Positions 29,695 to 32,268 of a DNA stretch of 32,268 nucleotides are shown piece by piece (position 1 is the first letter of the stretch; every line of letters starts with the position of its first letter). The notes beneath the pieces are model-generated. The model did no database searches. It was not told the origin of the DNA and was given only the letters and a program-made list of their open reading frames with translations. Position numbers and translations under genes: made by a program. The stretch is from an uncultured bacterium (GTDB taxonomy: Bacteria; Planctomycetota; Phycisphaerae; UBA1845), in NCBI GenBank assembly GCA_965371825.1, contig CBDUZY010000001.1, positions 1-32,268 on the forward strand, in the 5' to 3' direction.

Positions 29695-30648
29695 ATGGAA
29701 CACCGAGCCCTGGAACGAACCGATCTCGAAGTTTCCACCATCGGACTTGGTACCTGGGCGATGGGCGGCGAGGCTGATGTCTGGGGCACGGTGGACGATC
29801 GCGAGTCCATTGCCGCTATCCACCGCGCCCTCGACCTCGGCGTAAACCTGATCGACACCGCCCCGATCTACGGCCTCGGGCACTCTGAGATCATCGTCGG
29901 CAAGGCGATCAGGGAGCGCCGCAGCGAGGTCGTCCTCGCCACCAAGTGCGGGCTTTTGCCGCCACCGTCGAAGGGCACGCTGCCACGGCGATGTCTGAAA
30001 CCTGAGAGCATCGTCCGCGAATGCGAGCAGAGCCTCAGGCGGCTACATACCGAAACAATCGATCTGTATCAGTGCCACTGGCCCGACCCTGACACGCCCC
30101 TCCGGGAGACGATGACGGCCCTTACAGACTTGCTCAAGCAGGGAAAGATCCGGGCGATCGGGCTATCCAATTTCGGCTGCGAGAAGTTGGCGGCCGCGTG
30201 CGAGTTCGGCCCCGTTCATGCCCTCCAACCGCCGTTCTCGATGGTTCAACCACGTGCCGCTAACGACCTGCTGCCCTTCTGCGCTGAGCGGGGAATCGCC
30301 GTTCTTCCCTACAGCCCGCTTGCCAAGGGCCTGCTGACCGGCAAGTTCAGCGAAGACGACACCTTCCACGGGATTCGAGAGAAAGACCCCGATTTCATGG
30401 GGCGACGCTTTCGCCGGAACTTGCAGTTGGTGGAGGCTCTCAAGAGCATAGCCGGCCGATATGACAAGACCCTGGCACAACTAGTGATCAACTGGACGGC
30501 AACGTTCCCAGCCGTTACGTCGGTGCTCGTCGGTGCGAAACGACAGTCCCAAGTAGTGGAAAACGTCGGCGCAGTAGGCTGGACCATCACACCCGACGAC
30601 CGGACCGGCATAGACGAACTCGTCAGAGGAAACGCCGGTGACGCCTGA
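29695..30648 (+). CDS. Aldo/keto reductase family oxidoreductase
   Basis: 317-aa ORF with ATG start. AKR hallmarks are LGTWAMGG, IDTAPIYGLGHSEIIVGKAI, LATKCG, IDLYQCHWPD, IRAIGLSNF and PYSPLAKGLLTGKF. Confidence 0.9.
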   Translation: MEHRALERTDLEVSTIGLGTWAMGGEADVWGTVDDRESIAAIHRALDLGVNLIDTAPIYGLGHSEIIVGKAIRERRSEVVLATKCGLLPPPSKGTLPRRCLKPESIVRECEQSLRRLHTETIDLYQCHWPDPDTPLRETMTALTDLLKQGKIRAIGLSNFGCEKLAAACEFGPVHALQPPFSMVQPRAANDLLPFCAERGIAVLPYSPLAKGLLTGKFSEDDTFHGIREKDPDFMGRRFRRNLQLVEALKSIAGRYDKTLAQLVINWTATFPAVTSVLVGAKRQSQVVENVGAVGWTITPDDRTGIDELVRGNAGDA

Positions 30649-32268
30649 CGCCGGTCGTGTCGAGCGGAGGTCGGAGGTTCACGGCTCTTCTCGACCGCCT
30701 TCATCGCGGGGGAGCTCGGCTGGTGACCGCAAGGACGAGGACTCGCTAGCCGAACTGTCCGGCGTGACCGGTAAGTATCGCCAGGCGCATGGTCCGACCC
30801 GGCGGCCGCCACATGGCGTCAGCTTGCTGCTTCCCGCCGTCGCCGCTGTTCTTGTGGCCTCCTTGGCATTCGTGGCCAACAGGCCTGAAAGTCTCAGCGC
30901 CGCGACATTTCGCATCGCTGGAGAGGGTCGCTCCGACGAACAGCTCCCGTTCAGCGACCACTTGCTGCGTTTCGCCGCAACGCGACTGGCCGGACCCGGA
31001 GCCGTTTCAGCCGGTCAACCTCGGTGGTTCGTCGATTCGCCTGCCGAAGATCTCTTGCGCGTTGTCGTGTTGTCCCGTGATGTCGGGCCCGGCGCCGATC
31101 TTGCGTCCGAGATCGCCACTGCCTTTTTGCAGCAGGTCGAAGAGGAAGCCGCCGCCGTTCGCGACACGCCGGCCGAGGCAGAGCGCATCGTCGCCGGGCG
31201 TGTCGATGAGCTCACGGCGCGGTTAGAGGCGGCCGGCGAGCAGATGGACGAAGTGGTGGCCTCGATGCCGGCTGGCGACCCCAGCACGCAGCACGCCGCC
31301 GTGCTCGAGAAGTGGCGTGCCCTCCGCGCGGAGTTCGCCGCCGCCCGTGAGGAACTGGCAGTTGCGACGGCCGATTTCGCCGAACTCAGGTCCGAGCCGG
31401 AGCCCACGCACGGCGTGGTTACGGCCGACGAACGCCGCGAGGCCGTCGCGTCCGATCTTGGGCTGCAGCAGGACCTGCGGGAACTTGCCGTGACCTTGAG
31501 TGAACTGAAATCACACATGGTTGGAGTCTACCGCGGGACCGGCCCGCGGCTCGAGCTGCTCGTCTCCGCCGCGGACGGGCTTCACCTAACCACATCGGAT
31601 CAGGACACCGCTCAGTTGGACAAGGGCACGGCGGCCCGGGTCGACGCGGTGGTTGCGGAGGCGCTGGAATACGGCGAACTGCTCGCCGAGTTCGCAAAGT
31701 CCTGGTCAGCCGAATTCCACCTGTTGCAAAAAGTCCATATCGATCCGCAGAGCGGCGAGATCCTGGACTTCTACTTCCAGACACGGTCTTTACTCAACGA
31801 CTTCCTTTTCACCTCGGCCAAACACCTAACCGCCATGCGCGGCGAAATCAATAGGATAGGAGAGAACCAGACCGACCACGCCAGATATCATGTTCTTCAC
31901 TCCGACCTGGTGCGTGCCTTCCAGACGTTGCAAGGAGCGCATCATCGGTTCGAGTTTTCGGCCGGCGGAATCGAAACACCGGACAACTTCCGGATCGATG
32001 CGGCGTTGCGAAGCGCCAGTGGACTTCGGCGCCGGTCACAGGATCGCATGCGCGTGATAGAGAACCGGTTGAATGAAGTGGCCGTTCGCCGTGCCAGAGA
32101 GTTGCACGCCGAGGCGATCGCCCGGACCCAACGTCTTCTCGATCGCACTAGGGGCAAGACGGATCAGACGGTCGATCAGCTCGTCGCACTGCAGGACAAG
32201 CTAACGGCGACGGTTGGGATGAGTGAGGAGTTCGCCGTCGCAGTTGTCCGCGCGGAGTTAGCCAGGAA
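30638..32268 (+). CDS. Membrane-anchored coiled-coil protein, 5' part (runs off the window); possibly a Wzz/GumC-like polysaccharide co-polymerase
   Basis: This frame is open from 30614 to the window end and is missing from the ORF track because it has no stop. There is one hydrophobic helix (GVSLLLPAVAAVLVASLAFVAN). It is followed by RWFVDSPAEDLLRVVVLSRD...ASEIATAFLQQV and a long helical Ala/Glu/Arg/Leu-rich region. The start is either GTG 30638 (GAGG 8 nt upstream, overlapping the AKR end by 11 nt) or GTG 30764. The functional call is tentative. Confidence 0.55.
   Translation, partial: MTPDAGRVERRSEVHGSSRPPSSRGSSAGDRKDEDSLAELSGVTGKYRQAHGPTRRPPHGVSLLLPAVAAVLVASLAFVANRPESLSAATFRIAGEGRSDEQLPFSDHLLRFAATRLAGPGAVSAGQPRWFVDSPAEDLLRVVVLSRDVGPGADLASEIATAFLQQVEEEAAAVRDTPAEAERIVAGRVDELTARLEAAGEQMDEVVASMPAGDPSTQHAAVLEKWRALRAEFAAAREELAVATADFAELRSEPEPTHGVVTADERREAVASDLGLQQDLRELAVTLSELKSHMVGVYRGTGPRLELLVSAADGLHLTTSDQDTAQLDKGTAARVDAVVAEALEYGELLAEFAKSWSAEFHLLQKVHIDPQSGEILDFYFQTRSLLNDFLFTSAKHLTAMRGEINRIGENQTDHARYHVLHSDLVRAFQTLQGAHHRFEFSAGGIETPDNFRIDAALRSASGLRRRSQDRMRVIENRLNEVAVRRARELHAEAIARTQRLLDRTRGKTDQTVDQLVALQDKLTATVGMSEEFAVAVVRAELAR

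Noticed and set aside
29678-29697. Five-codon mini-ORF (ATG GAG TTC ACA AAG TAA) whose stop overlaps the AKR ATG (TAATG).
   Set aside because: It could be a coupling uORF. However, it is too short to distinguish from chance and there is no evident SD before it, so it is not reported as a feature.
30789-31784. Track ORFs 30789..31226 (+), 31015..31518 (-) and 31419..31784 (-).
   Set aside because: They conflict with a much longer open plus-strand frame that has a TM helix and coherent coiled-coil sequence. The alternatives are Ser/Ala/Arg/Pro-rich low-complexity shadows.

Overview
This GC-rich bacterial window is almost entirely one minus-strand transcription/translation super-cluster of 36 CDS and 2 tRNAs. 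Read in the direction of transcription (high to low coordinates) it runs: tRNA-Thr, tuf, rpmG, tRNA-Trp, secE, nusG, rplK, rplA, rplJ, rplL, rpoB, [GNAT-like ORF], rpoC, rpsL, [bioY], rpsG, fusA. It then continues through the S10 and spc operons (rpsJ to rplO) and ends in the 5' part of secY at the window edge. At the right end, on the plus strand, lie an aldo/keto reductase and a long partial ORF for a membrane-anchored coiled-coil protein, possibly Wzz/GumC-like. I found three genes missing from the ORF track: rpmG (55 aa), the secY fragment and the 3' partial ORF. I also found two tRNAs and trimmed several over-extended ORF starts. No CRISPR array, IS element, integrase or prophage signal was seen. 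The most unusual observations are two non-translation genes inserted, each with its own AAGGAG Shine-Dalgarno, into gene pairs that are normally adjacent. One is a GNAT-like acyltransferase between rpoB and rpoC; the other is a BioY biotin transporter between rpsL and rpsG. Other observations: (1) an EF-G with divergent domain-IV tip loops and no tuf after it; (2) a roughly 95-aa Pro/Ala-rich N-terminal extension on S5; (3) a triple 15-nt tandem repeat that duplicates the rpsQ stop codon; (4) two near-consensus TTGACA-N16-TATxxT promoters; (5) an attenuator-like hairpin between rplL and rpoB. The gene order is compatible with a PVC/Planctomycetota-like lineage, but taxonomy cannot be established from this window alone.
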